This document shows, piece after piece, positions 40,073 through 52,900 of a DNA stretch of 64,000 nucleotides. The position numbers and the translations under genes were made by a program. This DNA is from Macrostomum lignano (taxonomy: Eukaryota). The notes beneath the pieces are model-generated. The model made no database searches, was not told where the DNA came from, and was given only the letters and a program-made list of their open reading frames with translations. Position 1 is the stretch's first letter. Every line of letters starts with the position of its first letter. The stretch is taken from positions 238,742-302,741 of the forward strand of contig NIVC01001372.1 in NCBI GenBank assembly GCA_002269645.1, read 5' to 3'.

Positions 40073-40164
40073 GTACATGACACTGCTACATCGCTGGTTT
40101 CAAAATCAAATCAGCAAAGAAGAATTTGACAAACAAGCCAAAAATCTGTTTCTTAATTCAGATG
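40073..40164 (+). CDS. TADA1: TADA1 exon 2
   Basis: Acceptor CAACTCAG; YMTLLHRWFQNQISKEEFDKQAKNLF matches the Ada1 N-terminal motif YW..LK.WF..KISKEEFD; donor G|GTGAGT. Confidence 0.92.
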
Positions 40165-40253
40165 GTGAGTTTTGAATTTAATTTATTTTAACTATACATT
40201 GAATGCTTATCTACTTAAAGAAAAAATTAGGCACATTGTTATTAATATTTCAG

Positions 40254-40319
40254 TCACAAGTCACAATCAATTCATGCTGCATATTATGAGTTCAGACTGC
40301 AAATTGATAGAGTCGTCAG
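40254..40319 (+). CDS. TADA1: TADA1 exon 3
   Basis: Acceptor ATATTTCAG; VTSHNQFMLHIMSSDC (cf. HSHNDFLLAIL..C); donor G|GTATGT; phase 1-1. Confidence 0.88.
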
Positions 40320-40419
40320 GTATGTTGTATCGATGTTTTGAGTAAAAAACATGTTTATTTTGAATATTTTTGTTTTGAATAAAATAATGCGTATGGCAAT
40401 CGCCTCGTACTACTTGCAG

Positions 40420-40596
40420 CGCCTTTGACTAAGAGTCTGCGTCACAGATTTGTGGAGGTGCCTCAGGTGCCGCTGATATCTTTAATCGCCCACTATAAGC
40501 AGGAGACAAATGGCTCCGCTAGTAATCCCTGTACACCAGCTGGGAGCCAGGGCACCTTTGATCGCGGCTGTCGCAAAGACTTCTCAGTTGTTACAA
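40420..40596 (+). CDS. TADA1: TADA1 exon 4
   Basis: Acceptor ACTTGCAG; PLTKSLRHRFVEVP (cf. HRF.P); donor A|GTGAGC; phase 1-1. Confidence 0.8.
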
Positions 40597-40699
40597 GTGA
40601 GCAAAATGATTCGTTAGCCTTCAAATTAAAGACATTAGATCAATGCTATTTTTGTAAAAAGAATATAACACGTTTCTCATGCCTCACAGGGTCTCCTGC

Positions 40700-41010
40700 C
40701 CAAGCAGGTGTCTTTGTTCCCTTAATAGGTGTCCCCTTTCTCTTAACAGGTGTATCTTGTGTCTAAACAGGTGTCTTTGTTCCCTTAACAGGTGTCTTTG
40801 TTCCCTTAACAGGTGTCTTTGTTCCCTTAACAGGTGTCTTTGTTCCCTTAACAGGTGTCTTTATCCCTTAACAGGTGTCTTGGTTCCCTTAACAGGTGTC
40901 TTTGTTCCCTTAACAGGTGTCTTTGTTCCCTTAACAGGTGTCTTTGTTCCCTTAACAGGTGTCTCCTTTCTCTTAACAGGTGTCTCTTCCGTCTAGACAG
41001 GTGTCTTTTC
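40700..41010. repeat. 21-bp minisatellite (CTTAACAGGTGTCTTTGTTCC) in TADA1 intron 4
   Basis: About 14 copies. Confidence 0.92.
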
Positions 41011-41024
41011 TTGTCTAAACATGC

Positions 41025-41104
<80 letters not shown>

Positions 41105-41180
41105 GTGTCTATCTACCTATCTATCTATTCTATCTATGTGTCTATCTACCTATCTATCTATCTATCTATGTATCTATGTG

Positions 41181-41233
<53 letters not shown>

Positions 41234-41245
41234 GTGTCTATCTAC

Positions 41246-41290
<45 letters not shown>

Positions 41291-41338
41291 GATCTATCTA
41301 TCTATCTATCTACCCATCTATCTATTTATTTATCTATA
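41025..41338. repeat. Interrupted (TCTA)n microsatellite in TADA1 intron 4
   Basis: Directly visible. Confidence 0.95.
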
Positions 41339-41424
41339 GATAGTCTGTCCTGTCTCTTCTCCTTATAAATTTGCTGTATCAGTTCATCGAATATTTGATT
41401 AATAATTTTACCTATATTTGACAG

Positions 41425-42158
41425 CCTCCTGCATGCGAGAGCAGCGCCTCCCGGGTGCCTGGATGCTGTACGGCCGCGCTATGCACACGCTGAATTTGTA
41501 CTCTCTGCAAGACTACTCCCCGGACACTTTGAACTGTCTGGCACTGGCTACTCAATGCTTCATCAAAAAAGTGTTATTATCGGCTTTAGCCACTAGAAAA
41601 AGTTGTAGAATATTAGCAGTGTCGGATTCTACTTCAGCCAGTACTACTAGTAGTAGTTCACGCGGCCTTGGCAACCAATTCCGATTGCGCAATCATCTGC
41701 AACAGCATCAGCAATACCGCAGACTGGGCTCATTAACAAAAGTTTGGCATCATTCTCGCCGCAGTCGCAGTCGATTGGTGTTGGAACGGGGCGCCTTCGG
41801 CGCTGCCAGGGCGCCACCTATGGCGCCGCTATCGATGCGCGACGGTTACGCGGCGCCCTCCTGCGGCGCCGAATTGAATGCTTATTCTCACGCGGCTAGA
41901 CTTCTTAACCATTGCAACGGCAACAACAGCAGCAGTAGTAGTTATAAGCAGAATGGTTCAATAGAATCGCAACGAGTTGAAGCCCTGCTCAGATGCGGCA
42001 GCCATGCTCAAACTGAAACTCAGTCGACTGCTAGAGTTCAGGATGGCGGCGAGGTGTTGGCGAGTTCGACGCCGTTGGTTACGGTGTTAACTTTGGAAGA
42101 TTTGGATCGAGTATTGAGTCGGCCTGATTCGCTTGGAGTCGGCTATCACTGCGTTCAG
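41425..42158 (+). CDS. TADA1: TADA1 exon 5 (SAGA-Tad1 histone-fold region plus low-complexity insert)
   Basis: Acceptor TATTTGACAG; RLPGAWMLYGRAMHTLNLYSLQDYSPDTLNCLALATQCFIKKVLLSALATRKSCRI aligns to Ada1 LP....L.GR......GL.......A....LK.IL......RK.YR; HAARLLNHCNG and LTLEDL match later motifs; donor CAG|GTGAGC. Confidence 0.88.
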
Positions 42159-42249
42159 GTGAGCTAACAGCGGGCACTGATCAGTTCACGCCTGTGTGTC
42201 TTTGTCTATAGCTGTAGGCCCGTAAGTTAGATTAAAAGTGCTTAGACTA

Positions 42250-43183
42250 AGCTAGAGTGCCCAGACTGAACTACAGAGAGTGCCCAGACTGAACTACAAA
42301 GAGTGCCCAGACTAAACTATGGAGAGTGCCCAGACTAACCTACAGTGCCCATACTAACCTACAGTGCCCATACTAACCTAGAGTGCCCATACTAACCTAC
42401 AGTGCCCAGACTAACCTACAGTGCTCATACTAACCTACAGTGCCCATACTAACCTACAGTGCCCATACTAACCTACAGTGCCCATACTAACCTACAGTGC
42501 CCATACTAACCTAGAGTGCCCATACTAACCTACAGAGTGCCCAGACTAACCTACAGTGCCCATACTAACCTACAGTGCCCATACTAACCTACAGTGCCCA
42601 TACTAACCTAGAGTGCCCATACTAACCTACAGAGTGCCCAGACTAACCTACAGTGCCCATACTAACCTACAGTGCCCAGACTAACCTACAGTGCCCAGAC
42701 TAACCTACAGTGCCCAGACTAACCTACAGTGCCCATACTAACCTACAGTGCCCATACTAACCTACAGTGCCCATACTAACCTACAGTGCCCATACTAACC
42801 TAGAGTGCCCATACTAACCTACAGTGCCCAGACTAACCTACAGTGCCCATACTAACCTACAGTGCCCATACTAACCTACAGTGCCCAGACTAACCTACAG
42901 TGCCCATACTAACCTACAGTGCCCATACTAACCTACAGTGCCCATACTAACCTACAGTGCCCAGACTAACCTACAGTGCCCAGACTAACCTACAGTGCCC
43001 ATACTAACCTACAGTGCCCATACTAACCTACAGTGCCCATACTAACCTACAGTGCCCAGACTTAACCTACAGTGCCCAGACTAACCTACAGGGCCCAGAC
43101 TAACCTACAGTGCACAGACTAACCTACAGTGCCCATATTAACCTACAGAGTGCCCAGACTAACCTACAGTGCCCAGACTAACC
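42250..43183. repeat. 19-bp minisatellite (CCTACAGTGCCCA[T/G]ACTAA) in TADA1 intron 5
   Basis: About 48 copies. Confidence 0.95.
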
Positions 43184-43203
43184 TTCGAGAGTGCCAATTT
43201 CAG

Positions 43204-43572
43204 CGCCAGCGTCCAGCCGTGTCGTCAGCTCTGCTTCGCTGTCTGACTCGCGGCCGCCTGCTGTCCCGACTTCGCCAGAGACAGCCTCACGACTCCAGCA
43301 GCCGGGCCACTGCTCTGCAGCCGCCGCCAGCGCTGCATCCGCCAACGATAGCGCAGCAGCGAGAGCATTCAACAACTCACACGACCACCCCTCTGACGCC
43401 GGGGTCTCGTATCAACCAGACGATGACGGCTTTCCCAGCTGTCGTCTCCGCCCCGCCGCCGCACTCGCACCCGATCACTAACGGCCGTGTCTGCGTGATG
43501 GAGACCGGCGGCGATCTGGCAGATCTGGTGGCTGGCGACGTTCCCGACGGTTACGAGGACTGTCTGATGTGA
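43204..43572 (+). CDS. TADA1: TADA1 terminal exon
   Basis: Acceptor CCAATTTCAG in phase 0; RGRLLSRL resembles the Ada1 C-terminal ERIITKL. The joined CDS is 1512 nt (503 aa + TGA). Confidence 0.7.
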   Translation, partial: RQRPAVSSALLRCLTRGRLLSRLRQRQPHDSSSRATALQPPPALHPPTIAQQREHSTTHTTTPLTPGSRINQTMTAFPAVVSAPPPHSHPITNGRVCVMETGGDLADLVAGDVPDGYEDCLM

Positions 43573-43644
43573 TGAGGGCGGCTGCAGCTGCGCAGTGTCT
43601 GTTCCGTTTCTGTTGGATTTGTCTCATTGAGATTCCGCTCGCTA

Positions 43645-44190
43645 CCCTTGTAGATTCCGCTCTCTACCCTTGTAGATTCCGGTCTCTAGCCTTGTAGATT
43701 CCGCTCTCTACCCTTGTAGATTCCGCTCTCTACCCTTGTAGATTCCGGTCTCTAGCCTTGTAGATTCCGCTCTCTACCCTTGTAGATTCCGCTCTCTACC
43801 CTTGTAGATTCCGCTCTCTACCCTTGTAGATTCTGCCCTCTACCCTTGTAGATTCCGGTCTCTAGCCTTGTAGATTCCGGTCTCTACCCTTGTAGATTCC
43901 GCTCTCTACCCTTGTAGATTCCGCCCTCTACCCTTGTAGATTCCGCTCTCTACCCTTGTAGATTCCGCCCTCTACCCTTGTAGATTCCGCTCTCTAGCCT
44001 TGTAGATTCCGCTCTCTACCCTTGTAGATTCCGGTCTCTAGCCTTGTAGATTCCGCCCTCTACCCTTGTAGATTCCGGTCTCCACCTTTGTAGATTCTAC
44101 TCTCAGACTCCAATCTCTACCCTTCTTTATAGATTCCACTCTGTAACTTTTTCCAGACTCCGCTTTCTACCCGTGTAGATTCCGCTCTCT
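43645..44190. repeat. 22-bp minisatellite (CTTGTAGATTCCGCTCTCTACC), probably within the TADA1 3' UTR
   Basis: About 22 copies between the stop codon (43572) and the first AATAAA (44300). Confidence 0.92.
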
Positions 44191-45061
44191 ACCCTCTCAT
44201 AACATTCTTGAGTATGAGTATGAGTCCCGTCCCTACTTAAAATAGTCGGGTAAGAAACTTATTGTTTTTCTTTCAATTGCAAATTGTAAACCTTAATTCA
44301 ATAAAAAAACTTTGAAGGGCATCAAATCCCATTCTTAGTTACAATTGTAAGCTGCCAGTTAATTAAATGTTGTGTCGTATCGCAGCTTATTTGCTCAATT
44401 TGCGTTTTTTCAATTGTGTCTAAAATTTGTAACTGGTTGAAACCTTATGTGCCAATAAAAGTATAATGTCTAGTACATGCATTATACGTGTAGGGTCGCG
44501 GTTTCGTAATATTGACTAAAATATATAAAATAATTCTTGCCAAAATAATTCAGAAGTTAATAACAAAGCAAAGCTTGTTGCAAGTAAATTTCAAAAGTTT
44601 TTTTTCCCGATTGCCCTTGTTTTCATTAAATTTAATTAACTACTTTTAATAGACGTTGAATGTATTTAGCTTTTGCTAGGCATATTATAAAGTTCCGCGA
44701 ACACAGACTGATATCACTTTTACAGTAATTAGAGGTGGCATCTATCACATTTTTTTAGAATATATATAAGCGGCACTGTTATTGCACATAAACCAAGCAA
44801 TTTACTGGATTGCAGTTAGTTTTCACAAAAATTAAATAGTAGTTCATTTATGATTACGTCGAATGTGAAGCACAATTAGCGTGTATTGTATGCAATTCTT
44901 TAATTCTATAACCTGCAATTCTTAAAATTCTTACAATATTAGAAAAGCGAAAATTTTAATAGGTAAAACCGTTTTACAACTACTTGGAAAATGTAAATAG
45001 ATTTACGATCAAACAACCCTATGCGACAGGCATGCTAACAGCTACGTAACAGTTCTCATTT

Positions 45062-45815
45062 TCATTGGGGTAGCTGGGGTTGGTCAGGCTGATGTACATT
45101 GGGGGTAGCTGGGGTTGGTCAGGCTGATGTACATTGGGGGTAGCTGGGGTTGCTCAGGCTGATGTACATTGGGGGTAGCTGGGGTTGCTCAGACTGATGT
45201 ACATTGGGGGTAGCTGGGGTTGGTCAGACTGATGTACATTGGGGGTAGATGGGGTTGCTCAGACTGATGTACATTGGGGGTAGATGGGGTTGCTCAGACT
45301 GATGTACATTGGGGGTAGATGGGGTTGCTCAGACTGATGTACATTGGGGGTAGATGGGGTTGCTCAGGCTGATGTACATTGGGGGTAGCTGGGGTTGCAC
45401 AGACTGATGTACATTGGGGGTAGATGGGGTTGCTCAGACTGATGTACATTGGGGGTAGATGGGGTTGCTCAGGCTGATGTACATTGGGGGTAGCTGGGGT
45501 TGCACAGACTGATGTACATTGGGGGTAGATGGGGTTGCTCAGACTGATGTACATTGGGGGTAGATGGGGTTGCTCAGACTGATGTACATTGGGGGTAGCT
45601 GGGGTTGCTCAGACTGATGTACATTGGGGGTAGATGGGGTTGCTCAGACTGATGTACATTGGGGGTAGCTGGGGTTGCTCAGACTGATGTACATTGGGGG
45701 TAGCTGGGGTTGCTCAGACTGATGTACACTGGGGGTAGCTGGGGTTGCTCAGACTGATGTACACTGGGGGTAGCTGGGGGTTGTTGGTCAGACTGATGTA
45801 CATGGGGTAGCTGGG
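45062..45815. repeat. 35-bp G-run minisatellite (GATGTACATTGGGGGTAG[C/A]TGGGGTTGCTCAGACT)
   Basis: About 21 copies. Confidence 0.96.
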
Positions 45816-46909
45816 GGTTGGACAATTAAAATGTACATAACTGTAAACACCAAATTTGAATGCACCTAAAAAATAAACAAACAGTGAATATTTTAAAAGA
45901 AAAAAACAGCTTTTACAATGTAATAACCAGAAGCATACTAGTATCATTAGAATGCTATAAATGATTAGCACATAAGTAGTATGATTAGCACACTGAAATT
46001 AAAAAAGACAATGAATCGCAGATGGCTGGGTTTTTCGTTTTCAAAATTAGAAAACGCAACAAAACAGCAAAACAAAGGCAACTATATGTTTTTCATATAA
46101 TCATGGCAGCAATGTGTGATACACGCAAGCGAATAAGAATAACCGTTTGTTTTGCAATTCACAAAATTGGAAAGACACTTGAAATATTAAGACAAAATCT
46201 TTATTTCATTAAGAAATTAATTTAAATAACAGGTGGAAAGCGAACCGAGTTTCACAAACCCTTAAATTTATCATCACAATACCTGGACAAGCCTATCTGA
46301 CCTTAAAAATTATAGATCGTAATAATATGTATTAATATACGCTCTTTTCTCCTCTCCGACACAAATCGACCCATATAGAAATAAAATGTTTATATTGAAA
46401 AAGGTCATCTCAAGCTTTTGAATAGCTTCAATTAAAACTGAGTGAATACAGTTAAATCTTGAGCCACAGGTTACAGTTATACAGTTAACTGTTCGAACAA
46501 TTTATGCACGGGTTTAAAAAACTAAAGATTAGAAAAGTTGACTCAACCATAAGGCGTGAGTCATCGTATGAAATACGAATGCTATGGTGTACAGAACAAA
46601 TTATACCAGTGACTTTAAGCAGCGCATTGCGGTATATAAAAAAGCACGAAAATTAAATAAAATACATTTATAAAAACGACAGCAAACAGCAATGAATACG
46701 GCAGCTAAATGATTTTTTTCTGAATGCTGCAACTCTTGAAATTGTTTCAAAGCCGAGTCAGCTTAAAATTTATACCAATAAAACGCATCAAATGATAACT
46801 GACTTTTATTCGATTCAAATGGGATATGACTAAAGAATTGGGATTTTAAAAAATGGGAACAAGAGTTTTCCCTGGGTTTTTTCCATAAATTAGAAAAACT
46901 TTGCCATTT

Positions 46910-49900
46910 AAATTCTTAGAATGTGATTTTGGGATCTGGATTCTTAGAATGGTATTTTAATATCTGGATTCTTAGAATAGGATTTTGGGATCTGGATTCT
47001 TAGAATGGGATTTTAAGATCTATATTCTTAGAATCGGATTTCGGGATCTGGATTCTTAGAATGGGATTTCGGGATCTGGATTCTTAGAATGGGATTTCGG
47101 GATCTGGATTCTTAAAATAGGATTTCGGAATCTGGATTCTTAGAATGGGATTTTGGGATCTGGATTCTTAGAATGGGATTTCGGGATCTGGATTCTTAGA
47201 ATGGGATTTCGGGATCTGGATTCTTAGAATGGGATTTCGGGATCTGGATTCTTAGAATGGGATTTCGGGATCTGGATTCTTAGAATGGAATTTTAAGATC
47301 TGGATTCTTAGAATGGAATTTCGGGATCTGGATTCTTAGAATGGGATTTCGGGATCTGGATTCTTAAAATAGGATTTCGGAATCTGGATTCTTAGAATGG
47401 GATTTTGGGATCTGGATTCTTAGAATGGGATTTTAAGATCTGGATTCTTAGAATGGAATTTCGGGATCTGGATTCTTAGAATGGGATTTCGGGATCTGGA
47501 TTCTTAAAATAGGATTTCGGAATCTCGATTCTTAGAATGGGATTTTGGGATCTGGATTCTTAGAATGGGATTTCGGGATCTGGATTCTTAGAATGGGATT
47601 TCGGGATCTGGATTCTTAGAATGGGATTTTGGGATCTGGATTCTTAGAATGGAATTTCGGGATCTGGATTCTTAGAATGGGATTTCGGGATCTGGATTCT
47701 TAGAATGGGATTTTGGGATCTGGATTCTTAGAATGGGATTTTAAGATCTGGATTCTTAGAATGGAATTTCGGGATCTGGATTCTTAGAATGGGATTTCGG
47801 GATCTGGATTCTTAAAATAGGATTTCGGAATCTGGATTCTTAGAATGGGATTTTGGGATCTGGATTCTTAGAATGGGATTTCGGGATCTGGATTCTTAGA
47901 ATGGGATTTCGGGATCTGGATTCTTAGAATGGGATTTTAAGATCTGGATTCTCAGAATGGTATTTCGGGATCTGGATTCTTAGAATGGAATTTTGGGATC
48001 TGGATTCTTAGAATGGTATTTTAATATCTGGATTCTTAGAATGGGATTTCGGGATCTGGATTCTTAGAATGGGATTTTGGGATCTGGATTCTTAAAATAG
48101 GATTTCGGAATCTGGATTCTTAGAATGGGATTTCGGGATCTGGATTCTTAGAATGGGATTTTAAGATCTGGATTCTTAGAATGGGATTTCGGGATCTGGA
48201 TTCTTAGAATGGGATTTTAAGATCTGGATTCTTAGAATTGGATTTTAAGATCTGGATTCTTAGAATGGGATTTCAGGATCTGGATTCTTAGAATGGGATT
48301 TTGGGATCTGGATTCTTAAAATAGGATTTCGGAATCTGGATTCTTAGAATGGGATTTTGGGATCTGGATTCTTAGAATGGGATTTTAAGATCTGGATTCT
48401 TAGAATGGAATTTCGGGATCTGGATTCTTAGAATGGGATTTCGGGATCTGGATTCTTAGAATGGGATTTCGGAATCTGGATTCTTAGAATGGGATTTTGG
48501 GATCTGGATTCTTAGAATGGGATTTCGGGATCTGGATTCTTAGAATGGGATTTCGGGATCTGGATTCTTAGAATGGGATTTCGGGATCTGGATTCTTAGA
48601 ATGGGATTTTGGGATCTGGATTCTTAGAATGGGATTTTAAGATCTGGATTCTTAAAATAGGATTTCGGAATCTGGATTCTTAAAATGGGATTTCGGGATC
48701 TGGATTCTTAGAATGGGATTTTAAGATCTGGATTCTTAGAATTGGATTTTAAGATCTGGATTCTTAGAATGGGATTTCAGGATCTGGATTCTTAGAATGG
48801 GATTTTGGGATCTGGATTCTTAAAATAGGATTTCGGAATCTGGATTCTTAAAATGGGATTTTGGGATCTGGATTCTTAGAATGGGATTTTAAGATCTGGA
48901 TTCTTAGAATGGAATTTCGGGATCTGGATTCTTAGAATGGGATTTCGGGATCTGGATTCTTAAAATAGGATTTCGGAATCTCGATTCTTAGAATGGGATT
49001 TTGGGATCTGGATTCTTAGAATGGGATTTTAAGATCTGGATTCTTAGAATGGAATTTCGGGATCTGGATTCTTAGAATGGGATTTCGGGATCTGGATTCT
49101 TAAAATAGGATTTCGGAATCTGGATTCTTAGAATGGGATTTCGGGATCTGGATTCTTAGAATGGGATTTCGGGATCTGGATTCTTAGAATGGGATTTCGG
49201 GATCTGGATTCTTAGAATGGGATTTTGGGATCTGGATTCTTAGAATGGGATTTTAAGATCTGGATTCTCAGAATGGTATTTCGGGATCTGGATTCTTAGA
49301 ATGGGATTTTGGGATCTGGATTCTTAAAATAGGATTTCGGGATCTGGATTCTTAAAATGGGATTTTGGGATCTGGATTCTTAGAATGGGATTTTAAGATC
49401 TGGATTCTTAGAATGGAATTTCGGGATCTGGATTCTTAGAATGGGATTTCGGGATCTGGATTCTTAAAATAGGATTTCGGAATCTCGATTCTTAGAATGG
49501 GATTTTGGGATCTGGATTCTTAGAATGGGATTTTGGGATCTGGATTCTTAAAATAGGATTTCGGAATCTGGATTCTTTGAATGGGATTTTAAGATCTGGA
49601 TTCTTAGAATTGGATTTTAAGATCTGGATTCTTAGAATGGGATTTCAGGATCTGGATTCTTAGAATGGGATTTTGGGATCTGGATTCTTAAAATAGGATT
49701 TCGGAATCTGGATTCTTAAAATGGGATTTTGGGATCTGGATTCTTAGAATGGGATTTCGGGATCTGGATTCTTAGAATGGAATTTCGGGATCTGGATTCT
49801 TAGAATGGGATTTCGGGATCTGGATTCTTAAAATAGGATTTCGGAATCTCGATTCTTAGAATGGGATTTTGGGATCTGGATTCTTAGAATGGGATTTTGG

Positions 49901-52900
49901 GATCTGGATTCTTAAAATAGGATTTTGGGATCTGGATTCTTAGAATGGGATTTCGGGATCTGGATTCTTAGAATGGGATTTCGGGATCTGGATTCTTAGA
50001 ATGGGATTTTGGGATCTGGATTCTTAGAATGGGATTTTAAGATCTGGATTCTTAGAATGGAATTTCGGGATCTGGATTCTTAGAATGGGATTTCGGGATC
50101 TGGATTCTTAAAATAGGATTTCGGAATCTGGATTCTTAGAATGGGATTTCGGGATCTGGATTCTTAGAATGGGATTTCGGGATCTGGATTCTTAGAATGG
50201 AATTTCGGGATCTGGATTCTTAGAATGGGATTTTGGGATCTGGATTCTTAGAATGGGATTTCGGGATCTGGATTCTTAGAATGGGATTTCGGGATCTGGA
50301 TTCTTAAAATAGGATTTTGGGATCTGGATTCTTAGAATGGGATTTTAAGATCTGGATTCTCAGAATGGTATTTCGGGATCTGGATTCTTAGAATGGAATT
50401 TTGGGATCTGGATTCTTAGAATGGTATTTTAATATCTGGATTCTTAGAATGGGATTTCGGGATCTGGATTCTTAGAATGGGATTTTGGGATCTGGATTCT
50501 TAAAATAGGATTTCGGAATCTGGATTCTTAGAATGGGATTTCGGGATCTGGATTCTTAGAATGGGATTTTAAGATCTGGATTCTTAGAATGGGATTTCGG
50601 GATCTGGATTCTTAGAATGGGATTTTAAGATCTGGATTCTTAGAATTGGATTTTAAGATCTGGATTCTTAGAATGGGATTTCAGGATCTGGATTCTTAGA
50701 ATGGAATTTCGGGATCTGGATTCTTAAAATAGGATTTCGGAATCTGGATTCTTAGAATGGGATTTTGGGATCTGGATTCTTAGAATGGGATTTTAAGATC
50801 TGGATTCTTAGAATGGAATTTCGGGATCTGGATTCTTAGAATGGGATTTCGGGATCTGGATTCTTAAAATAGGATTTCGGAATCTGGATTCTTAGAATGG
50901 GATTTTGGGATCTGGATTCTTAGAATGGGATTTCGGGATCTGGATTCTTAGAATGGGATTTCGGGATCTGGATTCTTAGAATGGGATTTCGGGATCTGGA
51001 TTCTTAGAATGGGATTTTGGGATCTGGATTCTTAGAATGGGATTTTAAGATCTGGATTCTCAGAATGGTATTTCGGGATCTGGATTCTTAGAATGGGATT
51101 TTGGGATCTGGATTCTTAAAATAGGATTTCGGAATCTGGATTCTTAAAATGGGATTTCGGGATCTGGATTCTTAGAATGGGATTTTAAGATCTGGATTCT
51201 TAGAATTGGATTTTAAGATCTGGATTCTTAGAATGGGATTTCAGGATCTGGATTCTTAGAATGGGATTTTGGGATCTGGATTCTTAAAATAGGATTTCGG
51301 AATCTCGATTCTTAGAATGGGATTTTGGGATCTGGATTCTTAGAATGGGATTTTAAGATCTGGATTCTTAGAATGGAATTTCGGGATCTGGATTCTTAGA
51401 ATGGGATTTCGGGATCTGGATTCTTAAAATAGGATTTCGGAATCTGGATTCTTAGAATGGGATTTCGGGATCTGGATTCTTATAATGGGATTTCGGGATC
51501 TGGATTCTTAGAATGGGATTTCGGGATCTGGATTCTTAGAATGGGATTTTGGGATCTGGATTCTTAGAATGGGATTTTAAGATCTGGATTCTCAGAATGG
51601 TATTTCGGGATCTGGATTCTTAGAATGGGATTTTGGGATCTGGATTCTTAAAATAGGATTTCGGAATCTGGATTCTTAAAATGGGATTTTGGGATCTGGA
51701 TTCTTAGAATGGGATTTTAAGATCTGGATTCTTAGAATGGAATTTCGGGATCTGGATTCTTAGAATTGGATTTCGGGATCTGGATTCTTAAAATAGGATT
51801 TCAGAATCTCGATTCTTAGAATGGGATTTTGGGATCTGGATTCTTAGAATGGGATTTTGGGATCTGGATTCTTAAAATAGGATTTCGGAATCTGGATTCT
51901 TTGAATGGGATTTTAAGATCTGGATTCTTAGAATTGGATTTTAAGATCTGGATTCTTAGAATTGGATTTTAAGATCTGGATTCTTAGAATGGGATTTCAG
52001 GATCTGGATTCTTAGAATGGGATTTTGGGATCTGGATTCTTAAAATAGGATTTCGGAATCTGGATTCTTAAAATGGGATTTTGGGATCTGGATTCTTAGA
52101 ATGGGATTTCGGGATCTGGATTCTTAGAATGGAATTTCGGGATCTGGATTCTTAGAATGGGATTTCGGGATCTGGATTCTTAAAATAGGATTTCGGAATC
52201 TCGATTCTTAGAATGGGATTTTGGGATCTGGATTCTTAGAATGGGATTTTGGGATCTGGATTCTTAAAATAGGATTTTGGAATCTGGATTCTTAAAATGG
52301 GATTTCGGGATCTGGATTTTTAGAATGGGATTTCGGGATCTGGATTCTTAGAATTGGATTTTAAGATCTGGATTCTTAGAATGGGATTTCAGGATCTGGA
52401 TTCTTAGAATGGGATTTTGGGATCTGGATTCTTAAAATAGGATTTCGGAATCTGGATTCTTAAAATGGGATTTTGGGATCTGGATTCTTAGAATGGGATT
52501 TTAAGATCTGGATTCTTAGAATGGAATTTCGGGATCTGGATTCTTAGAATGGGATTTCGGGATCTGGATTCTTAGAATGGGATTTCGGGATCTGGATTCT
52601 TAGAATGGGATTTTGGGATCTGGATTCTTAGAATGTGATTTTAAGATCTGGATTCTCAGAATGGTATTTCGGGATCTGGATTCTTAGAATGGGATTTTGG
52701 GATCTGGATTCTTAAAATAGGATTTCGGAATCTGGATTCTTAAAATGGGATTTTGGGATCTGGATTCTTAGAATGGGATTTTAAGATCTGGATTCTTAGA
52801 ATGGAATTTCGGGATCTGGATTCTTAGAATGGGATTTCGGGATCTGGATTCTTAGAATGGGATTTCGGGATCTGGATTCTTAGAATGGGATTTTGGGATC

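Noticed and set aside
41418-41424. TTG start for the 249-aa ORF at 41418
   Set aside because: It overlaps the splice acceptor (TTGACAG); the ORF is internal exon 5 of TADA1.
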